IMG/VR virus record: IMGVR_UViG_3300028394_000057
Span: 27,336 to 91,335 of that record
Length of the DNA: 64,000 bases
Direction: 5' to 3' (one strand)
DNA from: a virus
The notes below the pieces were generated by a model that saw only the letters and a program-made list of their open reading frames with translations, ran no database searches and had not been told where the DNA came from. Below are positions 40,455-50,348 of the stretch, one piece after another. The number at the start of each line of letters is the position of its first letter. Positions within the stretch are counted from its first letter, which is position 1. A program made the translations under genes and the position numbers.

Positions 40455-40985
40455 ATGCAAACCTTTTTACCATATAAGCAGTTCGATAAGTCTGCACAAG
40501 CCCTAGATAATAAGCGATTAAATAAACAGATATTGGAGTCTTACCAGATTCTTAAGGTGTTGTCTAATGATGACCCGAAGGCTGCTTGGCGTAATCATCC
40601 TGCTGTTAAGATGTGGCGTAACCATGAGGGACAGTTGTGGCTATATACTATGGCTATGGTTGAGGAAGCAGATGTTCGTGGCATTAAGACTGACAAGAAT
40701 GTTAGTAATCTTAATGAACTTAAGTCTTGGGCTGGTGATTTGTGGGGGTATGGAAAACCTAAGTGGTATACAAACCCATTTGCAATGGATAGATTAACTA
40801 CTACACATAAGGCTAATCTATATACTAAGGATTCTATATACTATTTTGAGTTCTATGATTCATTGGCTACATCTAATCCTTGTTGCCCTGAGCGTAAAGA
40901 ACCTTGTAAGTATTATTGGGTTACACATGACCCACTATTTAAGGAGAACCATGAAACTACTAAAAGTTTTCAGATGGCGAGTTAA
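40455..40985 (+). CDS. Pyrimidine-dimer DNA glycosylase-like (MSMEG_6728 family)
   Basis: MQTFLPY..F..SA..LD.KRL.KQ..E..QIL, W.NHPAVKMW; TTGACA-17-TACAAT promoter. Confidence 0.8.
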   Translation: MQTFLPYKQFDKSAQALDNKRLNKQILESYQILKVLSNDDPKAAWRNHPAVKMWRNHEGQLWLYTMAMVEEADVRGIKTDKNVSNLNELKSWAGDLWGYGKPKWYTNPFAMDRLTTTHKANLYTKDSIYYFEFYDSLATSNPCCPERKEPCKYYWVTHDPLFKENHETTKSFQMAS

Positions 40986-41190
40986 GTTAGTTCAGCAAGG
41001 ATATGATAAGGGCTGGGAGCATGGCTATGAAGCAGGTATGGTTGAGCAGAAGAACCAGATTATAGATTTGTTGTCTAGTCATATTGAGAAGATTGATTGG
41101 TTACAGGAAACACCGATAGAAGTGAAAGATATTTTACCTATCGTAAAGAGCCACGAAGAAGAGAAGGAGTTAGTTGGATGGGCAGAATAA
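40951..41190 (+). CDS. Hypothetical protein with GYxxG repeats
   Basis: AAGGAG RBS before ATG 40951. Confidence 0.55.
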   Translation: MKLLKVFRWRVKLVQQGYDKGWEHGYEAGMVEQKNQIIDLLSSHIEKIDWLQETPIEVKDILPIVKSHEEEKELVGWAE

Positions 41191-41345
41191 AGGATATAGA
41201 TGCAGAGATGCATGAGTTACCTGACTATGAGAAAGGTATTCAGTTTGAGAGAGAACGTATCATAAAGATACTTCAGGATGAGATAGGTATAGACTATCCA
41301 CCAATTGATGACATTATCGAGTCTATCAAAAATTTCGGGGAATAA
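41178..41345 (+). CDS. Hypothetical protein
   Basis: AAGGAG RBS; YEKG...ERERII motif. Confidence 0.5.
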   Translation: MGRIKDIDAEMHELPDYEKGIQFERERIIKILQDEIGIDYPPIDDIIESIKNFGE

Positions 41346-41398
41346 AAAGAACCATCGTAATCCCTAGTATAAAATACACCTAGTAGAAAGAATAACAC

Positions 41399-41605
41399 AT
41401 GAGCAGATATGTACACACATACAAATATAATAAACTCACACAAGGAACAAGAAAGTATAGTCCTATCAGAGTAAAGTTCTGGCTATGGGGCTTTGAATTT
41501 ACCTATGAAACAAAGAAGTCTTTAGGTGGATTTGCTATCGCAGACAAACAAAATGTTCCTGATGTCAAGTCAGATGCATTCAAAAGAAAATATCCTAAAG
41601 CATAG
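41399..41605 (+). CDS. Hypothetical basic protein
   Basis: Last plus-strand ORF before the non-coding junction. Confidence 0.5.
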   Translation: MSRYVHTYKYNKLTQGTRKYSPIRVKFWLWGFEFTYETKKSLGGFAIADKQNVPDVKSDAFKRKYPKA

Positions 41606-41681
41606 TTATACACAGGAAATACCCTGAAAAAATACACACATCGTAAAGTTATCCACAGAGTTATCCACATGTTTATCCACA
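41606..41681 (+). promoter_or_regulatory. DnaA-box cluster
   Basis: TTATCCACA at 41649, 41661, 41673 and TTATACACA at 41606. Confidence 0.75.
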
Positions 41682-42266
41682 GATAAATCTTACTGATATA
41701 AACAGATATCATAGTGGAGCAAAGTGGAGAATAATTGTATGTGTAATTGAGCATATCTAACTATCCTCGTAATCATTTTTGCCAAACATCCTAGCCCCCT
41801 ATGCCAAACACCCCCTATCATATTTTGTGCATTTTGTCAAGTATTTTAACGATATTGTTATAAAAAACATATCAAATATTAAATAAACAAACATAATATG
41901 TATAAAAATGTGCAAAAATTATATAGGTTCGTAATCCCATATCCGCCTATGTGTTTATACTTATACTAGGGGAAATGTGTATCAAGGGTTGTTTGTGTAC
42001 CCTGGCTCTGCCAGCCCCTTCGGGGGTATATAAAAGAGTGTTCGTAATACCCCTATAGTAAATACACCTGATATAAACTCTGGGGATTTTTTTATGTCCT
42101 TCGTAATGTCAAATAAACTTATTTTATATACATAGACTTTGGGGAAAAATATTATACCTTCGTAATGTCTATTTATCAATAGCATGGCTATCATTGTTAT
42201 GGGATTGTTATAATTTTTGCGCAAAAAAATATACCCCTGCATCTCTGCAAGGGCATATCTAATTAG

Positions 42267-42461
42267 TTAGTCGAACTTAGAATCTTGTTCAACAATGCTA
42301 TCTAGGTTTTCTACGATAGCAGGTAGGTCAGACCATAGGTAATGGTAGAAGATACTTTCTATCTCACTAGCCAATACTTCCCACTGCTTATCTGTGAATG
42401 TGCGTGAGAAGAATGTCTCTACTTCTGAACGGTGAACTGTGTAATCTACTTTATTTTCCAT
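42267..42461 (-). CDS. Hypothetical protein
   Basis: TTGACA-17-TATAAT promoter, leaderless ATG. Confidence 0.6.
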   Translation of the reverse strand: MENKVDYTVHRSEVETFFSRTFTDKQWEVLASEIESIFYHYLWSDLPAIVENLDSIVEQDSKFD

Positions 42462-42479
42462 AATACAATTATACTCCTA

Positions 42480-42746
42480 CTACTGCTGATTGTCAAGGAA
42501 GATGTCATCTAATGTTACATAACCGTTATCTGTTTGCTCTAGGCTACCCAGCAATAAATCAAAGGTCTCATTGATAAACTTAGTAGACAGGGCTGTTGGC
42601 TTTACAATCTCATTGTCTAGCAGGTATGCCAGAGGAAGCCCTAAGTCATTATAGGAAATGAAGTCAGTAAAATTCTGGTCGTTACGATAGTTCATCCATA
42701 GTTCCGCTAGGATACTACATCTATCATCAAATGATGTTGCTGTCAT
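42480..42746 (-). CDS. Hypothetical protein
   Basis: C.ILAELW..Y......DFI.YNDLGLPLAY. Confidence 0.6.
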   Translation of the reverse strand: MTATSFDDRCSILAELWMNYRNDQNFTDFISYNDLGLPLAYLLDNEIVKPTALSTKFINETFDLLLGSLEQTDNGYVTLDDIFLDNQQ

Positions 42747-42928
42747 TTTTATTTTCTCTTTCGTGTTTCATTGCTTCTAATACAATTAGTAATCTTCTAT
42801 ATGCTACATTTGATAAGGTCATTGCTAAATACCGTCCAGCAAATTCTAAATCAAATCTTAGGTCTGATATCCAATTACTAAGTATCTCAGCAAACTTTTC
42901 TTCTTTTGTTCTTGTTTGTCTTCTCATA
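42727..42928 (-). CDS. Hypothetical protein
   Basis: GGAG RBS before MRRQTRTKEEK. Confidence 0.55.
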
Positions 42929-43056
42929 TTTATACTCCAATATTCTATTATACCAAAAATGTTGGGGAAGCACAAGTAGCAATATACCGCTCATGCTTCC
43001 CCTGGTAGTCAGACACAGAAACCCCTAACTGCTCTGACCATTAGTAGGGAGTGTTC

Positions 43057-43434
43057 TCAACCCACTAAGTCGTGAAGTTTACTTATACTATCTATCTCAT
43101 ATAGAGAGTCTTGACCTTCGATGTCTATACTATAGGGGTCAGGCAGGTCATTTAGGAAGTCGTTTATGTCCTTGCTGATTTCAAGGGCATACAGTTCGTC
43201 CCTAAAGTCCCACCAGTCAGTACCGTATTCTAGTTCACTACGGAACGCTCGTATCTTTGCAGTCTCGTTGATGTTACACTTATAAAGGATTCCTGTGTAT
43301 ACATGCGTAACCGCTTCTCCATCTAATATATATAAAGCAGGATTAAGAGTGATTACATCTTCCCATTGGTTGACACCATTCTCGTCATGTCCTAAATCTA
43401 CAAACCAAACATTTATATCCCAATACTTTGTCAT
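43057..43434 (-). CDS. Acidic hypothetical protein
   Basis: ORF track; coupled chain. Confidence 0.55.
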   Translation of the reverse strand: MTKYWDINVWFVDLGHDENGVNQWEDVITLNPALYILDGEAVTHVYTGILYKCNINETAKIRAFRSELEYGTDWWDFRDELYALEISKDINDFLNDLPDPYSIDIEGQDSLYEIDSISKLHDLVG

Positions 43435-43604
43435 ACGATTCGTTGCTCCAGTTCTTCTAGGGTTTCATTATTCCAACTAAGGTTATCATTATACCGCATC
43501 TGCTGTGAGATGTCAAGCACATTGTTGATAGCGTTTGTCCAGCCTTCTTCGTACCCTGCATCGTAGTCAGGGTTGTTGTTATACTTATTAATTTTATCTT
43601 CCAT
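43431..43604 (-). CDS. Hypothetical protein with YDAGYEEG repeat
   Basis: ATG near 43604 coupled to upstream stop. Confidence 0.5.
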   Translation of the reverse strand: MEDKINKYNNNPDYDAGYEEGWTNAINNVLDISQQMRYNDNLSWNNETLEELEQRIV

Positions 43605-43975
43605 TAGTAGTTCCAATCTGTGTAGGTTCCATCGCCACCACATTGGTCGCAATCTTGGTCAGGTTCAGTCTCTTCATCATCTGGATTATAGCAGTCACAT
43701 ACGACAAACTTGCAGATGGTAATGCAAATGTCATCGCTGTCATCCCACGGTATTTCAGTAACATAATAACTAATCCTATTAGCCAAGTGATAACCTTGAA
43801 CAAGATATACACCTTCATCACCATCTAACTCAGTCCATACGGTAGAGTTAGGTTGCTCACAAACAAATAGCACTTCATCACCATAGGTCTCAAATGATGT
43901 AGTGTCATCTTTAACTAAATGGTTTTTGATAGGCTTGTACTTATTTACCCATTCTTCATAGGTCATCTCACTCAT
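43604..43975 (-). CDS. Acidic hypothetical protein with C-terminal CxxC motifs
   Basis: FETYG.E, G.H..NRI.Y, CDQCGGDG. Confidence 0.6.
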   Translation of the reverse strand: MSEMTYEEWVNKYKPIKNHLVKDDTTSFETYGDEVLFVCEQPNSTVWTELDGDEGVYLVQGYHLANRISYYVTEIPWDDSDDICITICKFVVCDCYNPDDEETEPDQDCDQCGGDGTYTDWNY

Positions 43976-44157
43976 CAGAACTCAATCTCGTAGTCATCAA
44001 ACTCAACTGTGTATGAGTTGTTGCCATCCCATACCTTTATCTCGTTGGCAAGTTCAGCCACCTTATCGTGGATGTCATTGTCATCGTTAGGGTCTTCTAT
44101 CTCAACTTCAAACTCTTGTGAATACCAAAAGCGAACTGTTGCTGTTATCTTTTCCAT
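43975..44157 (-). CDS. Very acidic small protein
   Basis: ORF track; AG-rich RBS. Confidence 0.55.
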   Translation of the reverse strand: MEKITATVRFWYSQEFEVEIEDPNDDNDIHDKVAELANEIKVWDGNNSYTVEFDDYEIEF

Positions 44158-44174
44158 AGGGTTTACTCTCTCTC

Positions 44175-44723
44175 TTAGAAGTGGAAATCTACTGGCACTA
44201 AACAGTATACACTACGATAGGCTGTCTTGTCAATACCCAGTTTTTTTCTCAGGTATTCAGTCTTTACTGTGCAGTCGCCAGTGTCAAAGAAACCACTGTC
44301 CCAGTTCCAATAGCCACGCATAATCTTCAAAGCACTTGACAGGCTAGGAATGTTGGCTTCGTAAATCTCACCAAAATCAAGGGTATCTCCATTAGAATAC
44401 TTAGTCATAACAGCATTGATAGTAGGAAAATCAAACTCAGAAAAGTATTCGTTGAACTGTGCCAACTGCTTTTGGTCAATCAAATCTAATGCTTCTAAGA
44501 ATGAACAAGCATTGTCATCATTGTAGATAAGGACAGGAACATCTTCCCACCTGCCACCAACCTGATACCAATCAGACCAGCCACCAACAAAGCCCTCTGA
44601 TGTTGCTTCGTGGTTCAGCCATTCACCTACTTCTTCCTGTGCTAAGGCTCTAAGTTCTTCGTCTGTGTATTCATCTTCTAAATCAAGTTCTAGTTCTGTT
44701 GCTAGGTATTGCATAGTATGCAT
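44175..44723 (-). CDS. Acidic hypothetical protein
   Basis: DWYQVGGRW and VDFH motifs; boxed promoter at 44767. Confidence 0.65.
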   Translation of the reverse strand: MHTMQYLATELELDLEDEYTDEELRALAQEEVGEWLNHEATSEGFVGGWSDWYQVGGRWEDVPVLIYNDDNACSFLEALDLIDQKQLAQFNEYFSEFDFPTINAVMTKYSNGDTLDFGEIYEANIPSLSSALKIMRGYWNWDSGFFDTGDCTVKTEYLRKKLGIDKTAYRSVYCLVPVDFHF

Positions 44724-44957
44724 GGGTTTACTCTTTCTCTAGGTTATATATCTATGATACAGGATACCCCTGACATTTGCAATAGTTCTGGGGAAAATGT
44801 TATGCTTTCGTAATCAACCAGGATGTTTACAGGTTTACATAATCATGGGGAAATTGTTATAGCATCGTAATACTACCCAATGTTTATTAGTTTACATAAT
44901 TATTTTCTGCGCACAAAACCAGGGCAGTCAGATTGCTCCAACCACCCTGGTCCCCTA

Positions 44958-45134
44958 TTATCCCTATATGTCAGCCAAAACATTTCTAGCAGTCTCAACA
45001 AACTCATTGAATTCGTCTTCACGCTTTAGTCTCATCTCTATTAGTTTCAATACTTCTAGAGTAGGCATTTGATTTATACCCTTGACTTTTTTGAAACCGT
45101 CAATCATGGACAAGACGATTTCTTTGTCAGTCAT
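44958..45134 (-). CDS. Hypothetical protein (58 aa, not in track)
   Basis: MTDKEIVLSMIDGFKKVK... read manually. Confidence 0.45.
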
Positions 45135-45363
45135 TTACTTCTACCACTTCTATCATTTGATAAAGGTCATTATACTTTACGCTGTTGTATAGAATTTCCA
45201 GTAGTTCGTGATGAGCATAGTGAACCATGTCTTCCATTGTTCGTGGTTCCAGAGTTTCGCCTTCTTCAAGTTCGCTTTCAAGATACTCTCGTTCATTCTC
45301 GGTGTATCCATCATCTTCAAACTCAAAGTCCATTGTGATTTGTGCTCTAAGCATTTTAGGCAT
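45127..45363 (-). CDS. Acidic hypothetical protein
   Basis: AGGAG RBS before MPKMLRAQ. Confidence 0.55.
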   Translation of the reverse strand: MPKMLRAQITMDFEFEDDGYTENEREYLESELEEGETLEPRTMEDMVHYAHHELLEILYNSVKYNDLYQMIEVVEVND

Positions 45364-45706
45364 ACTTCTTCTCCTGCTTCTCCCAGTATTCGTCCTGAGC
45401 AATCATACTATCCAAATCGCTAATGCGACCTTCAATACAAGCAATAGCAAATCTGCTCAATGCTTTTGTGTGTAGTTCGTTTTCTAGTATTGCTAGTTCT
45501 TCTCTGTGTTGTTCCAACATAGTTTTTTCCAAGTCTTCTTCTCTTTCCTTATACATAGTTAGATAAATGTTTGCTTGTTCTGCTTCCCATTCATCGTGGG
45601 TAGGGCAGTAATCTTGATTGCCTTCGCAGATGTCGCAGAATGAATGGCAGTCAAAACTACCGTGATGTTTTGGACATTCTACTCTTTCGCAATCGCAATC
45701 ACTCAT
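45356..45706 (-). CDS. Cys-rich hypothetical protein
   Basis: CDC...CPKH...DCH.FC.IC....CPTH. Confidence 0.55.
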   Translation of the reverse strand: MSDCDCERVECPKHHGSFDCHSFCDICEGNQDYCPTHDEWEAEQANIYLTMYKEREEDLEKTMLEQHREELAILENELHTKALSRFAIACIEGRISDLDSMIAQDEYWEKQEKKYA

Positions 45707-45875
45707 TATCTTCTTCTTCTTCGTCTGCTTCTAGTTCTTCAACTTCAATAGAATAAACTCCGTCATAGTGTAGGTCATCTTCCCACTTCCAACCAATCGC
45801 TTCTGCTTCTGCTTCGCTATCTGCTTCTACTTCGTTGCTGAACTCAACAATGGTCTTTACATAGTATTTTGGCAT
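45699..45875 (-). CDS. Very acidic small protein (58 aa, not in track)
   Basis: MPKYYVKTIVEFSNEVEADSEAEAE...; downstream of boxed promoter 45923. Confidence 0.6.
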   Translation of the reverse strand: MPKYYVKTIVEFSNEVEADSEAEAEAIGWKWEDDLHYDGVYSIEVEELEADEEEEDNE

Positions 45876-45932
45876 TTGTTATCTTTCTGTTAGGGGGTGT
45901 TGTGTTTCTATTATAGGGGATACCACTGACAT

Positions 45933-46241
45933 CTAGGACATCATAGACGCTTTTTCAAGCATCTCGTCATAGAGTATCTTGGAATTATCATAGGATAGTT
46001 TGTCTTCTAGGTTGCTCTTGATAGTTCTGAGCATTCGCAGATAGGACTGGAACTCAGGACCACTGGTATCGTGCCAACCACGCTCCGCACTGTCCCATAG
46101 TTGTCTCTCTAATGCTTCTATCCCCCAAGTGTAGAATTGCCTAGTCTGCCATTGTTCTAGGTCATTTCCGTCAGGGTAGATGTAAGGAGCATCTTCTTCA
46201 TCATAAACAGGGGTAAGGATAATAGTTTCGTTTTCATTCAT
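45933..46241 (-). CDS. Hypothetical protein
   Basis: Leaderless start after boxed promoter 46261. Confidence 0.6.
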   Translation of the reverse strand: MNENETIILTPVYDEEDAPYIYPDGNDLEQWQTRQFYTWGIEALERQLWDSAERGWHDTSGPEFQSYLRMLRTIKSNLEDKLSYDNSKILYDEMLEKASMMS

Positions 46242-46415
46242 AAGTCAATTATACAGACTACCACTGACAAAAGCAATAGGCTTGGGGAAATCGTAACCCT
46301 TTCGTAATCAAGGTTTTTTGTTTATATAAACTATCTAAAATTTTGCGCACCGATTTGCCCACTTTGTCAAGTAGGAAATGGTGAGCAGTTTGAAATCTTG
46401 CTCAGGATTGTTTTA

Positions 46416-47429
46416 CTATACGGAAGCCAAAACCAAGTTCATCAAACGGTTTTTCTCAGCGTTGATTACAGGGTCAAAGCCAGAAGCAGAAGCGTAAATA
46501 CTTTCGTTGTTTGTGCCACGAGCATTACGATACCAGTCTAGGCGTTCTGTTAGAGCATTCATAGCACCCCAAGCAGTTCCAGCAATGGTGTTGTTGTATG
46601 TGCCAGTGTAGATAGATTGGATTAGTTCAATCTTATCAGACCACTTCTTCATAGAACCCTTGCTGTCCTTAGTTGGCATTGGATACGCTTTTAGAACAAT
46701 GTCGTTGAATTGCTGATTTGTGATTTCAGTTTCAATCATAGACTTAGCAAGAATGTCAAACTCGTCTAGGTAGTGATTAGCCAAGCCCAACGCTTCACGA
46801 GCAACAGCAATTTTACCCTCTGCGGTTTGTGTGTGTCTAATCTTGAATGATTGCTTCAAACCCTTTTTACCTTTTAGAGAAGATAGAGCAAGGTTGAGAG
46901 TGTTAGCACATACAACACGAACAGGAGTAATAGACGCTTGGATAGCGATACTTCCATCGTGGCTTGTGTTTAGTAGCAGGTATGACTTGACAACATCAGA
47001 CACGCCATTAGGGTCAAGGATAGTTTCACGCTCTAATGCGATTGAACCGAATACTTGTCTGCCACCCTTGATTGAACCAGCAGTTTCCCAACGACCGCCA
47101 CCATCTAGCAGGTTATCACCAAAAGAAAACAAGTCTTCATTTTGTAATGGAACATAACGCTCACCAACGACACCAAGAATGTCTGTCTGCTCTGCGTTGA
47201 ATGGATTAGTTCGTGATACGAATGAGTAGTTTCTATCGCTAGTGAAACCAGCAGGAACAACAACATCTTCAAGTCTGACATTCCAGTTGTCTAGGCTTGC
47301 GAGTGATAGCATTTCTGCGGTAGAAACTTCTTCATTGAATACAGTTCCTAGATTATGCCAAGCAGGTTGGCGGAGTGAAGCAAAACTAGCCTGACCAGTT
47401 GCTTCGTTGATTTCTAATTCGTGAGCCAT
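46416..47429 (-). CDS. DUF932 / TIGR03299-like phage-plasmid protein
   Basis: MAHEL...PAWH.LG, Y.P.QN, ETAGS..GG, SHDGS, RVVCANTL, RHT, GTAWG..NA.TE; start reset to 47429 (GAAAGG RBS). Confidence 0.85.
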   Translation of the reverse strand: MAHELEINEATGQASFASLRQPAWHNLGTVFNEEVSTAEMLSLASLDNWNVRLEDVVVPAGFTSDRNYSFVSRTNPFNAEQTDILGVVGERYVPLQNEDLFSFGDNLLDGGGRWETAGSIKGGRQVFGSIALERETILDPNGVSDVVKSYLLLNTSHDGSIAIQASITPVRVVCANTLNLALSSLKGKKGLKQSFKIRHTQTAEGKIAVAREALGLANHYLDEFDILAKSMIETEITNQQFNDIVLKAYPMPTKDSKGSMKKWSDKIELIQSIYTGTYNNTIAGTAWGAMNALTERLDWYRNARGTNNESIYASASGFDPVINAEKNRLMNLVLASV

Positions 47430-47696
47430 AGGGACTACACCTTTCATTGTTGGATTTATTTGATAGTCAATTATCCCACGATTTCGGGGATTTGTCAAGT
47501 GTTTCGTAAAACAATTTTGCATTCTTTACCATTTCGTTACTTTTCGGGGCGCAGAAAAATCCCCCTGCTACTTTCGGGATTGTGTCCAGACTTCACAGGG
47601 GGATTGTAAGCAGTTTAGACACTTGCTTAGGTGTTTGGCTAACACAAGCCCTGTGATTTACCCTTACGGAACAGGGGGCTAGGGGAAGCCAATGGT

Positions 47697-48134
47697 TTAT
47701 AGCAAATCAAGAACAGAGTTGTATGTGCTTGATGTGATTGTTTCCTGAGTGGTTAGTTTTAGAAGCGATAGTGTCTTCTCCAACTTTTCCTTTTTGTCCC
47801 TGTTCTGCCAAGTGTCAGGGTCGCTAGGCTTCTCTGGCTTTGTGCCAATCTTAGCAACGATTTCCTTGCCAACTGCGATAGAAACAGAACCACGATAATC
47901 GCTGTTGATAGAGATGTTGTCTTCTTGATTACCATAGTCGCTGTAATCAACAATAGACTTTTTGTTTTTGCTAACCAAGTCAATTAGGTCTGCTGTGAAA
48001 GAAACAATCTCTTTCTTGTATGCTGAAAGCAACTTTGGATAATCTGCTTCTGCCTTAGCAATTTCTGCTAACTTGTTCTCAATCATCTCTACTACTACTG
48101 ATGTTGGGAGTTTTACGGATACGGAACGAGCCAT
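47697..48134 (-). CDS. Hypothetical early protein
   Basis: TTTACA-17-TATAAT promoter at about 48178-48205. Confidence 0.65.
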   Translation of the reverse strand: MARSVSVKLPTSVVVEMIENKLAEIAKAEADYPKLLSAYKKEIVSFTADLIDLVSKNKKSIVDYSDYGNQEDNISINSDYRGSVSIAVGKEIVAKIGTKPEKPSDPDTWQNRDKKEKLEKTLSLLKLTTQETITSSTYNSVLDLL

Positions 48135-48250
48135 AATGTTTTACTACTTTCTATTAGTGGGTTTTTGTATAATACAATTATACAGGATTTAGGGGGATTT
48201 GTAAATAGGCAGTTTAGACATTTGCCTAGATGTTATAGTTCTGTTATGAA

Positions 48251-48408
48251 CTACTTGGCAGTTGTCCAGCGTGGCTGTCCAGCAACATCAAGTTTGATAC
48301 GGACAGAGCCGTTTGCGTTCTTGATTACTTCCTGAACAGTGCCAACAACGCCAGACTTCTGGGTTGCGAACTGTGAGCCAACAGATGGAATGGTAAATGA
48401 ATTAGCCA
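48251..48408 (-). CDS. Small SH3-like early protein
   Basis: VGSQF.T.KSGVVG.V.E; TTGACT-17-TATACT promoter; start approximated at MANSF. Confidence 0.6.
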
Positions 48409-48749
48409 TTTTTTGCTTCTTTCTACTTGTAGTTTTTCTCAACTTTTGTTGATAATACAAGTATAAGGCATAATCGGGGAAAAGTCAAGGGTATTCGTAA
48501 AAGATTTTTGTATCGTTATCATTTCGTTATCAAAATCGGGGCGCAGAATTTTAGTGAGCAGTTTATACACTTGCTCAGGTGTTAGGTATGTTATTATTCA
48601 GCAGTATTACCTCAATACCCTTTACTTGCCACTGCCTATTATGTTTTCTCCTTTTATCAAACATAAAAACTTTACCCAACTTTACCGCTTGGTGCGAGAG
48701 CAGTTTCAACACTTGCTCAGGTGCTTAGGCAGAAAAGAAAGGGAACTGC

Positions 48750-49133
48750 CTAAGATGTGATGTTCCAGTCATCTAATTCCCAGTGAGAGTTGTCTAGGTA
48801 TTCTTCTGCTACTCCCAAAGGATTTTCGGTAATGCCAAAATCTTCTGCTAACTTATCAGTATCAAAACCGATAGGGACAGTAAAGGTTGCTTGAACTTTG
48901 AAAGTCAATTCCATTTCAACTTCTTCTGTTAGTGTAAAGCCAAAGATTTCTGCTATCTCTGTTGCTGTGTCAAAGTCAATCTGCGAATTGGTTAGGGCTT
49001 CTTTCAACCAGTCTTCAAGTGTTTCTGTGTTTCTGGTCATCATACCTAATGCTTGCCAAAGGTCTTTGTTTTCTGTTGTTAGTTTTTCTAGTTCTTGTTT
49101 TAGTGCTGATAATACAGGGTGGTTGCTTTCCAT
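48750..49133 (-). CDS. Acidic hypothetical protein
   Basis: Boxed promoter 49176. Confidence 0.6.
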   Translation of the reverse strand: MESNHPVLSALKQELEKLTTENKDLWQALGMMTRNTETLEDWLKEALTNSQIDFDTATEIAEIFGFTLTEEVEMELTFKVQATFTVPIGFDTDKLAEDFGITENPLGVAEEYLDNSHWELDDWNITS

Positions 49134-49190
49134 TGTTTTCTTCTTTCTTTTAGTGTATCTCTATTATAAACCTAACCACTGACATTGTGA

Positions 49191-49567
49191 TTAGTCTTCG
49201 TCTTCTTCGTCATAGTCTTCACAGGTATCTCCACAGGCAGAGAAGCAAAGTTCGCATTCGTCTTCTTCTTGTTCTGCCCCTTGTGGAATAAGTGTTGTGA
49301 AGCCATCATTAGCATCTTCGTCTTCGCCTACGCTATGGACACCCTGAATAAACTTCAAGGCACAACTTTCGGCATACCACTTTTTTAGAGTGTCAAACAT
49401 TTCTGCTGGTTTCATTTCACTTCTGGTTCTAATCTCGTCATACTGATACTCACGCATAAGTTCTACTTGCTTGTCATCCATAAGCACATAGATTTTGTGG
49501 CAGGTATCAAAAGCGATACCCTGAGCAAACTGAACTGACATCTCTACATCATCCCAATAATCTTCCA
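49191..49567 (-). CDS. Acidic hypothetical protein
   Basis: IAFDTCHKIYVLMD, W...SC.LKFI; boxed promoter 49608; start approximated at MEDYW. Confidence 0.6.
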
Positions 49568-49693
49568 TTGGTTTCCTTTCTTCTTTGTATTTCAATTATA
49601 CAGGCTACCCCTGACATTTCGGGGATATTTAGCGTGTTTCGTAAATGTGTTATGAGTTTGTTATAAAAATCTGCGCACCCCGAAGGGTAGGAA

Positions 49694-49876
49694 CTAAGCC
49701 CTAGCCTTATCCCATTCATACTGCTCAATAAAGTTCTTAGCAGATAACCAAGCACGATACATTATTTCGTCATCAGGGCTTCCCTGTATGTCCCAACGCA
49801 ATAGTCTTCCTATTGTGTGTGAGTTTCTGTCTTCTAAGTCTGCTAATACTATTTCGTATGCTTTCTGTAATTCCAT
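49694..49876 (-). CDS. Hypothetical protein
   Basis: ORF track; RBS upstream. Confidence 0.5.
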   Translation of the reverse strand: MELQKAYEIVLADLEDRNSHTIGRLLRWDIQGSPDDEIMYRAWLSAKNFIEQYEWDKARA

Positions 49877-50147
49877 TATGCTTTCCTAACTATAATTACT
49901 TCTTCACAAGTTTCACACTCTAAGGCGTAGTCTGTTGGTTTTTCCCAACTAGAATACTTTGCGATTACTATGTCGTGGTCAAAGTGTTCTGCTAAATCCA
50001 TTAGTATCCTGCTTTCTCTAAAATTGCTAATAGGGCTTCTGCTTCTTCTTCTGTTAGTTTTGCTATTGCTTCTTCGTTGATTACATTATCAAAGTTTATC
50101 ATTTGTTTCCTTTCGTTAGAGTTCTATTATATTTGCTACCACTGACA

Positions 50148-50348
50148 TTAGACTTCATCTTGCCATTTACCACAATTTTCACAAACTGCATCTCCAATAC
50201 CCATGTTCCAAATCAAAGGCTCAAAGGAACAAGAATTACATTTATGATAAGACACTCCATACAACTCCATGTCTTTTTCAGACATCTCATCCCAATAGAT
50301 TTTATGTGTTTTAGTTTCACACTCTTTACAATTTATACTAACTGACAT
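50148..50348 (-). CDS. Small zinc-finger protein
   Basis: CKEC, CNSC, CENCG. Confidence 0.55.
   Translation of the reverse strand: MSVSINCKECETKTHKIYWDEMSEKDMELYGVSYHKCNSCSFEPLIWNMGIGDAVCENCGKWQDEV

Larger units (their letters stand above)
46382..48724 (-). ncRNA. Five copies of a 3'-UTR H-type pseudoknot
   Basis: Copies at 46382-46409, 47607-47634, 48206-48233, 48555-48582, 48697-48724 with compensatory changes. Confidence 0.7.
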
